A stretch of 64,000 nt of DNA from Takakia lepidozioides (lineage: Eukaryota; Plantae; Bryophyta): assembly GCA_030704615.1 (NCBI GenBank), contig CM060732.1, forward strand, positions 49,910,001 to 49,974,000. Reading direction: 5' to 3'. A program made the translations under genes and the position numbers. Positions 1 through 13,257 of this stretch are shown here, piece after piece (positions within the stretch are counted from its first letter, which is position 1; every line of letters begins with the position of its first letter). The notes under the pieces are model-generated. The model searched no databases. It was not told the DNA's origin and saw nothing but the letters and a program-made list of their open reading frames with translations.

Positions 1-414
1 TACAGAACGAGAAGAGAGATGAACATGTAGAGGATCCCACGTACAACATATGCAGAGCTAACACACACACATCCAAAGCTCACATAGCACGTCCAGAAGC
101 CCGTACACCAGGTTGTACATACGAGAAGAAGGGCCCTGACTCAAGGTCAGGAACAAGCTTATACCCAAAACCTAGGGTGAGGCAATACCCCCAAGTGGTA
201 GCATGCCACGGGTTGCCTAGATTATAAATAGATCTGGCCCGTTGACCAATGAAGGGGCCAGATGCAGCCACAAAACTCTAGGATAACCTCAAACAAGTAT
301 AGGTCAGGCTGTATATTAACGGTCTCCCCCCGTAAATACTATTGGCATGGGATGAACCTGTCAGATAGTAATGAATAGGCTGAAAGTCAGGCCAGGAGAA
401 CATGAGCCATCACA
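1..414 (-). mobile_element. LTR (solo or 5' LTR) of a Ty3/Gypsy family, running off the left window edge
   Basis: 141-414 is nearly identical to 6701-6974, which abuts a PPT and integrase. 1-116 is the reverse complement of about 8776-8891. The minus strand starts TGTGATGG. Confidence 0.85.
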
Positions 415-465
415 CTTCCTCCAATCACACAATGTAAAATGAATTTGTGACCATTCTCTCTCCAA

Positions 466-3218
466 TCACACAAAACATTTTGAGGGAGGGTGTTCGGGGA
501 GCAACATCTCATTCTTCCAGAACTCCCTGTATTTTTTAATTCCAGTTTTGATAAAAGATTGTTTATCGGATGAGTCATCTCCCACACCCCAAATTGGTGT
601 TTTTTTTACAGCCCTGGGTTGTACTGCTACAGGCAACTTTGGAGATCCATCGGGATTCGACTTCCACATCTTCACCGCACCTTTTTTGGGGAGCCACTCA
701 GAATCAGTAGCAAACTTCTTAAACTTCATGACAGACAAACCATCTTCATCTACATAGAATCGAAATACATGCATTTTTGTTTGCCCAACTAAAGACTCTT
801 TTCCATCGAGAATGCAACCGTCCACATACGCCTTGAAATCTGGCACTTCTTGAATGATTTGAGGAATAAATTGCAGATCTTGAGAGATCATAAAAAACCT
901 CATAAGATCGGAGAGAACGTAGGTGTTGTTTTGCTTCAGCTTCTTCGATAAATAACTGAAGAATCCGTCGATGTCCTCATGGGTATGGCCAACCATGAGA
1001 AATCCCATCTAAACCTCCTCAAACACTCCTCTTACAGTTAGGAGCGACATCATAGCTAGCATCCACCTGTTTTTGTTTTCCTTCACGCGGTTGTCCAACT
1101 GCAGGTAGAGTCTTTGGGGAAGTGGGACTTTTCCTTTTTTCTTCTCCTTATCGCCGAAAGGTTTCAAGACGTCGAGACACCTCGATTTACCCTTCATGAG
1201 AGATTCGAAAAAAGAATTCTGAGGTGGGTGGTCAAAGATGTTACGACTTTCGCGGCAAGAGGGCTTCTCTAGTTAGTGGAGGCATCTTGCTAGAGAGCCA
1301 ATCGTGAAGTGCGGGTCTCCCGGCAAGAAGTCCAGAGAGTATTGTCCGTAGGCTCCGTCCCCGTGGCCGTGGGTGACCATGCTGGTTAGTGAGATTGGAA
1401 GCTGACCTAAGCCGGAGACCATCTTGTTCGTCGTCTGCAACCTTGGAATAGCTGTTTTCCGATGATCCATCTTGTCATGAATGATGCAGAGGAACTCGGA
1501 TGGCATCATAGCTGACTCATTCCTCCAGCTGTGATAGAGTCTCCTACAAGATTCCTGAAGCCTAAGGTGCTTATCAAGTGCTTTCTTGTGCGAGGCCTGC
1601 TCATCACTACGTTTGACCGACTTCTTGATTAGGTCTTTGAACATCTCACAGTCTGTGCATTTGGCAAACGTGCTACCATTTTTTCTAACCTGGACATTGG
1701 GAAAAATCTGTTGTCTGATTCTGCTGACGGCTGCCTGGGAGATAGGCTTCAACCCACATATTTTATTTGCCTGCAAGACAGACAGGGGAAAATGAACCTC
1801 GCGCGATCGCCCGAGCTTTAATAGTGAGAGGTCTGATATATTGCGTGGAAGCAAAACAGGGAAGGTCCCAAAAAATATAGAATTCGGAAAGTGGTAAAAA
1901 AAAAAAAAACTACCTCATTACACTCCTCATGAATTTTTTTCTAGTTCAGTTCAGGTGGCAGAACTCGAAGAGTATCTCTCCGTCCGTCTCCAATACATCG
2001 GGTCTTATGAGGCATGAGATCGGAATTTCCGTTTATAATCGACATTAAGTTTCCTTCAGCTTGACGAGTTTGTGGACGGGGCCGTTTCACTCCGGAATTC
2101 CCATGCAACGATGTAACCACACCCTCTCTGCTTAGTTTTTTGTATTCCATGTAGGTTGAACGACCGATTCCGTGAATTGTCCACCAAGCTGTCTCACACA
2201 CATCAACGCCCTCAATGGTTATGTAGGCCTTTGTCGAAACCCCGTCGATTCGATGAAGTCTTTTGGGAACATCAAAACCGAGCTCTCTCCGTTCGTCGTA
2301 AGAAGATCCCCAATAAGCGGTCCGGATAGCGAGTGTTTTTCTCCAGTTAAAATATTGGCAACACTGTAAATTGCAACATTGTTTGCTGCTGACTTCTCGA
2401 ACTGCCTGCAGAGAGAGGCGAGTATTTATCTTTTTGGAATCGTCTTTTTTCGGATTTTTTTTTTGTCTGTTGAAATGCCGGTATGCTGTTTTTTTCACAC
2501 CTTTCTCGTCGTGACCAATATCTGTTTGTTCCCAACCATTGATGAACCTATGAAGCTCATGTGACAATGTCCTGCCACTATCAATCAACCGAGTCTGCGT
2601 CAATGGCCAGTTCACGAGACACATGAGATTGGTCGAACCGCCATTCAAAATCCTTGTAACGAGCACCCCGACGTGATGTTCTCCAACTTTCTCACAAAGT
2701 ATCACCTCGTCAGGATGACATGCTTGAATTATGCCCTTGTACAAAGCACTTTGTTCATCTCCAAAGAGAATACACAATTTATTTCTCCAACTGTCTCTAC
2801 CCATAGCAACATCATTATTCGGAGACGGCCTTGACATGTCAGATTCAATTTGTTCATTGAATTTTGGATGGTAATCAGCCGCAGATGTCAATTCAACCTC
2901 CGAGAACCGATGAACCTCATTGTTGGTGTTGGTGTCAGTCCCAATATTTTTTTGAATTTGCACCACATCCCAAACGACAGGTGTTCCGATTGCTTCTCCC
3001 AAAGAGTCCGCATCCATGTGCAGATATGACAACGACACAGAAGAATGTGCCGGATCGCAAGACACTATAACAACAGATATTGTGGACCCGTTTAGCTGTC
3101 GTCCATAGCAACTTCTGCAACCAGTCACGTTGAGACATTCTGTTGTTGCGACGATAGAGTTCAAGCCCTGAAGAGTGAGGAAAACTTGTTGACCAGTTTG
3201 GAACAACGACATTTCCAC
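466..3218 (-). pseudogene. Sola-like DDD transposase pseudogene with one intron (about 1771-1913)
   Basis: ORFs 1273-1854, 1009-1197 and 466-1008 share one frame, broken only by TAA/TAG stops. Motifs are CxxC (FAKCTDC), IHDKMD, LQLDNxxxENKN and FLMVGHTHEDID. The upstream exon 1941-3218 joins through a GT..AG intron (gag|gtag ... ttgcag|gca). Confidence 0.72.
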
Positions 3219-6200
3219 GAACCTCGCGCGATCGCGTGTGTATCCTACAGTAGAGATTCTGATGATTAATGATTCGACCCTATATTGATGGACACTAAGA
3301 AAGAGTGAAACAATAAGTTACTGAAGTTTGTTTAGAAAAACTGAGGATGAAAATGAAAATGAACCTCGCGCGATCGTCCGCGTTTAGGGTTATAATGATT
3401 TGGAAATTAAAAATAGAACTCAGACTCTCGGATTATGTACTAGAATGTACAACGTAGGTCTCTATTGGTCGAAACAGAAATTTGTAGAAAATTAAAGGAT
3501 CTGCTAAAGTTACGACCCGAATGCACAACATTGTCTACGACTCCATAACAGAAATAGAACCACATCGACGGGCATTCGCGCATGGTTCAGATGGATGAAA
3601 TGAAGGACGGATGGATATTGGTAGACGAGTTTTGGTTGGCAAGTAAGAAAATGGATGAATAAATGAAAACATGGATGAACGAAACAACTGTAGTGCGAGT
3701 GATCATTCGAAGTACATAAAACGGTCGGGTGTGTATGTAAGATCTTTGCAGACAGTGGATGGGATAGGAGCAGAGAGACAGAAGAGAAACCCAGATGAAG
3801 TGGAGAGGCTCTCAATATTGACAGGAGTACAAAAGGAAGAAATAACGTAAAACAGACAGTCCTGAAGATCAGCGAGCCAGAGCAATTGAGAGGGAAAAAA
3901 TGGCATGCGTGCATAGGGCAGGCTCTTATACGGATTGTCAAACAGTATGAGGTCGACGTGTTCACATTACAGAGGTGCGTTTGGAGTGTCATGGATCGAC
4001 AAATTGTCGCCCTGGATATGCTCTTTCGTGTAATCTAGTCCTCCAGAGCATAAATTCAAGTAAGAGTCTGAAATCCACCGAACATTAATGGGTCCATAAG
4101 TTATTGCGTTTTATGCGAATAACTAACTGATTCGAGATCTGGAATTTGACATCCAAAGCACCAGAGAAGCAACAAATCCAATGTTGAATTAATGATACAA
4201 GAGAAGGAATAGTCGGCGACGAAAGTGGCCGCCTCTTAAGGCCATTGTGATGAGCCGACGGCCATCTATGGCAAGGTGACATTAAGTAGCCGCAATGAAC
4301 GTGGGGCCGTAGATGAGGTGTAGGTAGAGAAAATGTGAGACCGATCAAATCCCAGATGCACGTCCCGACACCTCATTATTGAACCTATGAATAATATTAT
4401 ATCATTGGATGAAATAAGAGCCTTCGCGGATGAAACAGAGGTATACTGGATGAGATGACTGCCCTAGTGGATGATTCAACTACCTTCATGGATGAGCGCC
4501 GTCACGGGAACCCGCAATAATTCCAGGGTGTTCACTTTATGAAGGCGTCAGATTGCCGCGCCGTAACGCTCTGGACAAACTCGTGGAGTCCATTCATTAC
4601 TGACAGTCATGTCGCATCATTGATTGTACCTGCATAAATTTAGGGGTCCTTAGCAAACTGTTGGGAAACATCCTGCCTTTCATTCATCCATGCATCGAGA
4701 CCACAAACCGTCGGATGCGACATAACTCCGACGGTTGAGATCACAGGTGGTAAGGCTTATAAGGAGGAGTGACCAAAAGGAGTCTCCTTTTGCATTTATT
4801 TGATACACTCGGAAACCCTGTTCAATTTTGGACTCAAGGAAGAGGTGCGAGAGAGAGCGACTTAGCGAGAGAGGCAGAGAGGTGGAGATCAAGGAAGCGA
4901 GAGAGTGAGAGATCGAGGGAGCGTGAGTTGAAGTAAGTGTGGGTTTGAGCAATTCACCGTGTGCGGGGGAGTGTGACAGAGTGAAAGGAGGGAAAAACAA
5001 AAGAGTACGCTATCTCGGAAGCTGTTGTGCGCACCCGAGCGAGAGAGCTCATCCAGCCCTGCAGGGAGGATCCTTGCCTGAAATGGCATCAAGCAGGTAA
5101 AATTTTTTCCCGTCTTTTTCGTGCATGTAATGAGGGATTCTTCCGTGGGCTGCAGCGATTGCAGGAACGTAGAAGTTGCATGCTTGATTGATTGTTTGCT
5201 TGTTTGAGCGAATGATTGCTTGTTTTGATTGTTTTGATTAATTGTTTTGATTTTTGGATTGATTCCAAGGTTAAAGAGGTAGGATGGTCGATAAAAGGAT
5301 TGGGAATTGTGGAAGATTTCGGGATATGTACGCTTTCTTTGAGGAACGACTCCGGATTCGAGACATGAGAAATTTCGATTTCATAGGGTTCGTAGGTACA
5401 GCTGGCAATTGTTTAGGTTTTGCAGCCTATGGTGTAGGCCTCAGTATAGGTACCATGACACAGTCCATTCACGCGCGATCGCGCGTGAACTCATTTTACC
5501 ATGTACAGTTCTGGATACCGAACTGTGTTTTTGGCTCGATTCGGTTATGCACATTATTTCCATGATCTGCATTACGTGCCTCTCGAAATAGGGATTCCTA
5601 GTGATTTCGTAAGCCGGAGAGGAACCTCGCGCGATCGCCCGTGTTTATTTCAGTGATAGTATTGCAAAACATGGTTTAGTTAGGACTTGGAGCGAGGCCA
5701 GTAGGCACTTTCAGTAAGGGAATGCGCGTGCTTCATTCAGTAAAAGTCGTCACCTACATGAGCACTAACGAACAGTAGCTAATACCAAACTGGGTCGAAT
5801 AAATCATTCATTAGTAGGACTATAAACTCAGTGTTTTCAATTTTAAGGATTATGCAATTATTGAACCTTACACAATCGCGTTAATTTGACTCCGTAGTTT
5901 ACTGCATTGGATGAGAAATTGAAGATGTGATGCGAAAGAATGCCCTGAAGAAGCACGCGCGATCGCGCGTGCTTCATTTGGTTGGTACTTGTATTCTAGC
6001 GACCAACAACAACATCATTGATACCCAGATGATTAGATGACACATATGAGGATATGTCTGAGTGCATACTCAAAACTGTAAAGTGTTTTGGAAGACATTA
6101 GTTCACATTGTACAATGTCAACTAAAATCTTCCGTCGCACTTTATCTGTCTTGCCATGCACATAGAATATAATAATTCATGTATGTGGTGGCATGGTCAC

Positions 6201-6570
6201 TCTTATGTATGATGGGTGGAGGTGTTCAGTGTGGACACAATAATATACAATAGTATCCAAATATCAATCCAAAAGTCCAGGGCAGTTTGAAATATTACTT
6301 GTCGACAACATCGCTTAGGTTGTTCATCGATTATGTCGATCACTGTTTCTGATTAGACAGTGAAGATGTGATGTCCAAGAATGATTAAAAGGAGCGCGCG
6401 TAATCGCGTGTGCTTCATTCAGTGCAAGTCGTCACCTACAGAAGCCCTTTCGAACAGTAGCTAATACCAAACTGTACGGGGTCGAAGAAACCATTCATTA
6501 GTAAGACAATAAATTCAGTGTTTTCAATTAAAAGGATTATGCAATGATTGAACTTTGCGCAATCGCGTGA
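1794..6570. repeat. Dispersed CpG-rich palindrome (C)ACGCGCGATCGCGCGT(G) / GAACCTCGCGCGATCG in the Sola-like element
   Basis: Copies at about 1794, 3220, 3361, 5470, 5622 and 5953; degenerate copies at about 5873, 6394 and 6558. There is also a direct duplication of about 5722-5897 at about 6406-6585. Confidence 0.75.
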
Positions 6571-6589
6571 ATTTGACTCCGTAGTAAAC

Positions 6590-8984
6590 TTTTTAGAGTT
6601 GAGGGCTGCTGCTATTGAACAAGTGCCTGAAGATGTTGTTATTAGGGAGAGATTGCTAAGACAACACTTCTTGAGAGGCATGCCAGCAAAAGTGAAAGCT
6701 TCAAGGTCAGGAACAAGCTTATACCCAAAACCTAAGGTGAGGCAATACCCCCACGTGGCAACATGCCACGGGTTGCCTAGATTATAAACAGATCTGGCCC
6801 GTAGACCAATGAAGGGGCCAGATGCAGCCACAAAGCTCTAGGATAACCTCAAACAAGTATAGGTCAGGCTGTATATTAACGGTCTCCCGCCGTAAATACT
6901 AATGGTAGGGGATGAACCTGTCAGACAGTAATGAATAGGCTGAAAGTCAGGCCAAGAGAACATGAGCCATCACATATGTGAAGGTTCCCCCCCCCCCCCC
7001 CCCCCTTAAAAATCCGAGCTCCGCAAGGTAAAATTTAAGGATGTTACCCCGCCATGAAGTTTCCCAACGTCGCAGGGTGAAAAACCTTTCATGGGAAAAC
7101 CTGATGGGACAAAACCCATGCAAAGAAAAACCTTACGCGTGTGGACAAGTTGGAACTTCATGCTAAGTCTAAAACTAGACTACAAAACAACTATGGAAGA
7201 ATACTACAATCTGAAAATGAAAAAATGTCTAAGTCCAAGAGAGGTCTCCTATGAAACCGAAGCCTCCATAGCACCTGCACCACGAGGAGTGAGCACCACT
7301 GAACGCCCCTCAACATTGATGCATGTCAAGTAAAAAACCAGCTCCGAATGAATCAAATCTGCAAGTGTCATTGGATCCTCATGTGCTTCCGTGTTGTGTC
7401 CCTGCGGCAAAATCAAAGCACGTCTCTCACGAAGCAACTTATACAACAAATAAGGACCATCGATCTTCCGCTTAGATTTACATGCATGTTGTCCATGCTG
7501 AAGACGTAGGCACACAGTTTGTCCCTCATGGAAGTGATCTGAGTACTGAACCCGCTTGTAAAATTCCTAGCCTGTACTGCTTGAGCAAGAACAATATTAG
7601 CCTTAGCCTCATTAACCAAGACCATGTGCCTAGCATGCACCCTCTCTACAAAATCAGTCAAGTCAGCAGGGTCAGAAACAGTGGAAATCAGTGGAGTAGG
7701 ATGCAAAGAAGAGACACAACGTCTACCAGAAAGCAACTCAAAATGGGTTTTCCTCGTGCTAGCATGAACAACAGTGCAATAAGCAAAGACCAAAGGAGGA
7801 TGAAGATGTCCCACTCCCTTGCAAGCTCGCGATTCTTCTCCAACATTCGGTAGAAAGTCTGATTGAAACGCTTCGTCAAACCATTGGTTTGAGGATGGTA
7901 GGGGGCTGTAGTCACATGCTTGATTCCAAAGTTAAAGCACATGATATTCAAGAGGTCATTGCAAAACTCCCGGCCATTATCAGTAAGAACCTCAAGAGGA
8001 CAACAATGCCTCATCACAATCTCCTCAAAGAAGAATTTTGCTACCGAGTCAGAATTCTTGGTAACCATAGGATAGACTTCTACCTTTTTAGTCAAGTAAT
8101 TTGTAGCTACCCAAAGATAGCTATGACCCTTTAACGTGAAAGCGAGAGGTCCTACCAAGTCAATACCAACTCGAGCAAAGGCATGTGTCACAGGCAAGGA
8201 TTACAATTTATAAGGGACCCCCACCCGATGAAGTGCAAGGTTTGATCGACATGCCTCACACTTGGAGATGAAGGCAGTCACATCTCTTTGAATTCTCTTC
8301 CAGTAGTACACCTCTTGTATGCGAGCTATAGTCTTCTTGACCCCAAAATTACCTGCATACAAAGAAGCATGAAAGCATTCCAACAAAGCATCTAACTGGC
8401 TCTGTGGTGGTACCTCCAAGTAGCAAGGACTCCCATCCTTAGTGCCCACTTTGTACAACTTGCCATCCCTACAACGATGAGCATCCATATTGTACAACAC
8501 TTGCTTCCTCAACTTCTCAGGGAGCCCCGCATGTGAACGTCCATGAAGACATCGATGGAGTAGCGTTGCATGCAGCATATCATCCATGATTGCACTGCAC
8601 ATAAGCGAGGTTCAATGGGCTTTAGTAAGGGTGACATGGAGTGCCTGCCTCATGTTATCTCCAGCCACTAGATCCTTGCCTCATTTGAAACGGCTCATGG
8701 GAAGGCAAATCAGGCCTTAAAGTACTGCCAAAACCTACACCGGAGTACAATAGTAGATGCACCAAACTCGAACCTACAACCTGGTGTACGGGCTTCTGGA
8801 CGTGCTCTGTGAGCTTTGGATGTGTGTGTGTTAGCTCTGCATATGCTGTACGTGGGATCCTCTACATGTTCATCTCTCTTCTCGTGCTGTAAAGCCCGCT
8901 CCTTCCGAGCTCTTACACCCCTAGTTTAACGTGCACTTGTGAGGACGAGAGAATCTCATTCAAGCACAAAATAAGCCTTTCACA
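6590..8984. mobile_element. Rearranged Ty3/Gypsy remnant: gag fragment (+), inverted integrase-PPT-LTR 5' half (-), LTR 3' half (+)
   Basis: Gag-like LLRQHFLRGMP at about 6600-6700. LTR half at 6701-6974 with a poly-G PPT on the minus strand at about 6985-7005. LTR remainder at 8776-8984 in the opposite orientation, ending ..CA. Confidence 0.75.
7249..8602 (-). pseudogene. Gypsy integrase, frameshifted
   Basis: Zinc-finger remnant (H..YYWKRIQRDVTAFISKCEAC). Core motifs GIDLVGPL, LTDNGREF and TTAPYHPQTNG, plus a GPY motif (DGPY). Confidence 0.9.
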
Positions 8985-9659
8985 GAAGGATGTACACGAA
9001 TACAACAAGGGGTGGGGGAGGGAAAAAAAAAAGGTGAGGGGAGAGGGATTGTGACCAACGAAAGTGTCGTAGGTATCGTAGGTGAACCTACAGACTCCCT
9101 GATTGCTCTTGCTCCTGCTTTTTGCCCCCTCTCCGTGCTTGGTTTATCTCTTCATCCTTTGTTGTAATGTTTGTTTTCATTTTGCAATGCTAGCAGTAGC
9201 AAGTCATCATTGCTATAAATTCTGTCATGATGGGAAACTCATGTCATCCAAAAGAGACAGGAAGGATGGGAGGTGGAAGGAATGACGATGCCTATATTCA
9301 TCAGGAGTGAGATGATCAGAGAGCTTCTCGAGAATGGCTAAGTCCCAGCTCTTATCTCTGCGTCTCATCTCTCCTGACCACAAAACGCATAACACCCACC
9401 CCCGCGAGTGCTGTAATTTCGTTGTATTCAGTTCCCTCCCAATCGTTATCATTCACAACTTACTGGCTTTTTAAGCCTATTTTATTTCATTGAGAGAGAA
9501 TTTTGGTTTTTTTTCTCCTGGATAAGAAAATTCCTAACATGACCCAAGGATAAAAAACAAAAAAAAGATAAAGTTTCTTTAACATCCAGTGAATTTACAG
9601 AGCCTACTGCTCAACACACATGCCATTGAAGGCCCAATGGACGGACGGTCTCAAAGCAC

Positions 9660-9736
9660 ATGTTGAAGGATTGAACCCAGGATACCTATGTTATGCACAG
9701 GCAAGGCACAAACACCCAACCACTGGGCTACATGCT
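9660..9736 (-). mobile_element. Degenerate tRNA-derived SINE head
   Basis: Minus strand reads AGCATGTAGCCCAGTGG (A box) and GGTTCAATCC (B box). Same head as the SINE at 40026-40207. Confidence 0.5.
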
Positions 9737-9753
9737 CAAAAAAGAAAGGGCCC

Positions 9754-10181
9754 CCACACTAATTCAAGGCCTAGTGTGTTGATTAGTTACTACTAACTGC
9801 ATTTACCATGTAACTTTTGATTTCACCACACTAATTCAAGGCTTAGTATGTTGCTAGTTACTACTAACTGCATTTACCATGTAGCTTTCGATTTCACCAC
9901 ACTAATTCTAGGCTTAGTATGTTGCTAGTTACTACTAACTGCATTTACCATGTAGCTTTCGATTTCACCACACTAATTCTAGGCTTAGTATGTTGCTAGT
10001 TACTACTAACTGCATTTACCATGTAGCTTTCGATTTCACCACACTAATTCTAGGCTTAGTATGTTGCTAGTTACTACTAACTGCATTTACCATGTAGCTT
10101 TCGATTTCACCACACTAATTCTAGGCTTAGTATGTTGCTAGTTACTACTAACTGCATTTACCATATAAGTTTTGATTTCAC
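9754..10181. repeat. Minisatellite, about 6 x 71 bp
   Basis: Unit CCACACTAATTCTAGGCTTAGTATGTTGCTAGTTACTACTAACTGCATTTACCATGTAGCTTTCGATTTCA, starting at 9754, 9826, 9897 and so on. Confidence 0.95.
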
Positions 10182-10792
10182 GTGTGAAACGTGAGTCAAA
10201 AAAAGAAATTATTGGTAAATATATAGTGACATTAACTGTGTGTGACAATAGTCCAAGTGACGTGGCATCTGTACGGAAAGTTTGGTGTGAGTAAAGACAA
10301 ACGTACTCTTTTCTGTATTAAAAACATATCTTAATGAGTTTTGTTTTATTACTATTATTATTATTTTAAATTCGATGATGACTTTCAACTGGCAGACTCT
10401 CACGCACTCAACTTCGTAGTTTATTTTTATTTTTAAGAAGTTTGTTTTCTTTATTATGTTTGTGGCCTTTGCAGATGCGGGTTCGCAAGTTGCACTGAGG
10501 GGACTGGAAATAGGCAGTAACCATACGGAGGTAACCGGGTGTTTCAAGTCACCCGCGTTGTCCCGGACAAATATTCGGCTGCTGCCGCGTGCCGCCTTCT
10601 ATCCAGAGGTAGGAAGACAAATATCCATCGAATACCTGCTCCGTCCGGAGGGTGGAGCTACGATCTGGTGGGAAGAAGACGTACACAGAGGTAAGCAGGG
10701 TGGGGTCCCCCGTTTCCCTATGGGTGCAGGGCAGGCTGTTTCTCTACCCCTTTCGAGGTCTGTTCGTCGGTTCCCTGCCAAGCAACCCGTGC

Positions 10793-10836
10793 GAGAGAGA
10801 GTGAGAGAGAGAGAGAGTGAGAGTGAGAGTGAGAGC
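10793..10836 (+). promoter_or_regulatory. GA/GAGAGT microsatellite, probable promoter or 5'UTR element of XLG
   Basis: (GA)n tract in a GC-richer island about 2.4 kb upstream of the XLG ATG. GA repeats are typical of plant 5' leaders. Confidence 0.35.
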
Positions 10837-13257
10837 GGGACAAGGCTAGCTCCCTTGAAAAGCTCCCTTGAAAAGTCTGTTGTCTTCTGCGCTGTAATCT
10901 GAAGTTATTGACCGCAACAGATCCAGGTGCAGGAGTGAGGAATCCTCAAGCTTCCTAGGAACTTGGGATATTGTTGAAGGAAGTCGAGTTTTTGTTGTTA
11001 GAAACTGCTGGATGTAGACACTTGTGACTGCAATGTGCCAGGTGGTGGATGGCATCGTGGAGGGGAGGTTTCACCGGAGATACATGTTTATATGTGCTTA
11101 AGAGTGGGAGATTGGAGGTGGAGGATCGTTGGACGAAAGATTTTTGGAGAAGCTTAAGTCTCTGGCTCATGAGGAATAGATGGAAGGAGATGGCAGGGTG
11201 TAGATGATTGGAAATTTGGCATCGCCAGCAACTCGCGTATAACACAACAACTTGCAGGTCAGAAACTGTGAATTGAAGGATTGTAGCTTCGTTAATGAGT
11301 GCTTGTATGGAAGCTTGTCTCGTTTCGCCTCTTCTGAACATATACGTCGAGCTATCTTCGGCTATCATATACGCAGATGATACTTAGGAGGTGTCAGGTG
11401 CTGGATTATGGGAACGTAAGGCGCAGAGAAGAGAAGCATTTGTTGGATAAATCTCTCTCACGTGCACGTACCCATATTGGCAGGCCTTTTCTTCTGGATC
11501 AAACTTATAGACACACGTCCTTACACATTCATATTCAAGTAAGGTAGGTCACAGCTGCAGGATGGATGGAACAGTCGCCTCCAGGAAGGGAAGATTTTGT
11601 TCTCAGTTTGTGGCTTTTACCAGGCTATATTCTTTCCTGGACATTTAGAGAGACTCAGCTGCTAAGTGCTGGAATATCGGAACGTGGAGTAGTGGTGAAG
11701 GAACTTAGCTCGCCTAGAGTCATTCTGATATAAAACCAGTGGGCACACTAGGGAGGTTCTTGGTGTTGGATTGTGAGGATTCGTGCTGTAAAGGTAAGGT
11801 CCTTGTAAAGGACGTTTTCAGTATCTGTCTAGCAACAACTCCATCAGTCTGTGAGAGGGAGTAGCAGGGCCAAGGTTGACTATGAAATAGGAGAGGAGTT
11901 TTACATACTAGATTTTAAAAGGGTATGATGTTATTAAGGATTTTCCAGTTCTTTTTTTGGAGGAGTGGGGTGAGGGGTGAGAGCAGACTTTCTGTGATTT
12001 GGCAGCTAAAGAGGCTGTGGGAGGAGGGGTGTGTAGGGAGGACCTGCTTTGTGCCCAATAATGTGGTGGCTGGCTGACAGCCTACCTGACATTGAAGGCA
12101 TCAAGATCGTCCTTCATGGTGTTCATTGCCATTTTTCTTGATATTAGTTGTTGAGACTAGCTAGTTAGGTAGATATCCAACTGATTGAGCTAATGTCAGA
12201 GTAAGTTAGCTAGTCTTAGTTTCAATGTTACAGCATACAATGTGGATGTCCAAAAGTTTGCTTCAAACTTCTCAGTATCTTTCAACAGATTAGGATATTT
12301 TGCTTAAGACTGCGTCTGAAATACATCGGACTAACTTCAGACAGTAACCTGATGGTATGATAGATGACCCTTAAGCACAATCCAGAGCTTTGTTGCTCAT
12401 TTTGCTGGCTTGAGAATGGAAGAGTTTGTTTGACTCGGGATTCCCTTTTCCTCCCTCTTCCTGCCGTGCTACTTCCAGGATATGTGTTCTTTGAGATGCA
12501 CACTCACTGTGACGAATGATGTTAAGGCTGAGTAGAAAACCTATTGTGTTGATTGTAATATCTACCTGCATGTGCTTTTTAAATAGCTGTGCAAAATTCT
12601 TTGTCATGGATGTGGCATCCTGGGGACCTTGGGAATCCCTCCTGCTTTTGCCGGTTCCTCACACCCTTCTCTGTATAATTTTTCGACATCCTTCCCTTAC
12701 AGTTGTTTCATCCTGCTGCATTCTTCAGAACCCTAGATTGTTGTAGCCTTAAGTTGGAAGGTGTTCCAAAGTAATTAAAATAATGTCCTTCTACTGTATC
12801 AAGTGATGGGTCAATGGTTGTACCTCCTTGGTACAGCTCATCTTGGCCTCTGCAGTGTTATGGAATGGCTGGAGTTCACCTGATAGAAGAAGAGGCTAGT
12901 TTTGGGACAATGTTTTGGATGTGCCCTACCGAAAGCATGGATGCCTGCAGTGCACTTTCTCAAGTACATCCTCATTGTATTGAGGGCCCATCGCTGAGTT
13001 GTTTTTGTTCTGTATTGCTACAGTTGAAAGTGATGAAGTGAATGAACCTGTGTGCAAAGCTGTGGCAGAGGTTAACACAGATGTATACGGCACCTTCTTC
13101 TCAGCCAGGTTCAAAGGACAGCGTGCCACATACTATTGCATGTGGCATGAAGGTGTAGCGAGGGGTCAGCTGCAAATCTCACCAAATAAAGAGTAGAGGT
13201 AGACAGGACAGGGATAACTTTGTTTGGTTGACCTCAGTCTTGTGCCGCCATGAGAAA

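Noticed and set aside
3510-5591. ORFs in the Sola-like element's non-coding region
   Set aside because: Low-complexity or GA-repeat-derived, with no motifs. A possible plus-strand micro-exon (ATG at 5083, MASSR|gt) could not be extended.
10456-13196. Short ORFs upstream of XLG as separate genes
   Set aside because: No recognisable domains or ATG context. Likely XLG 5' leader and introns.
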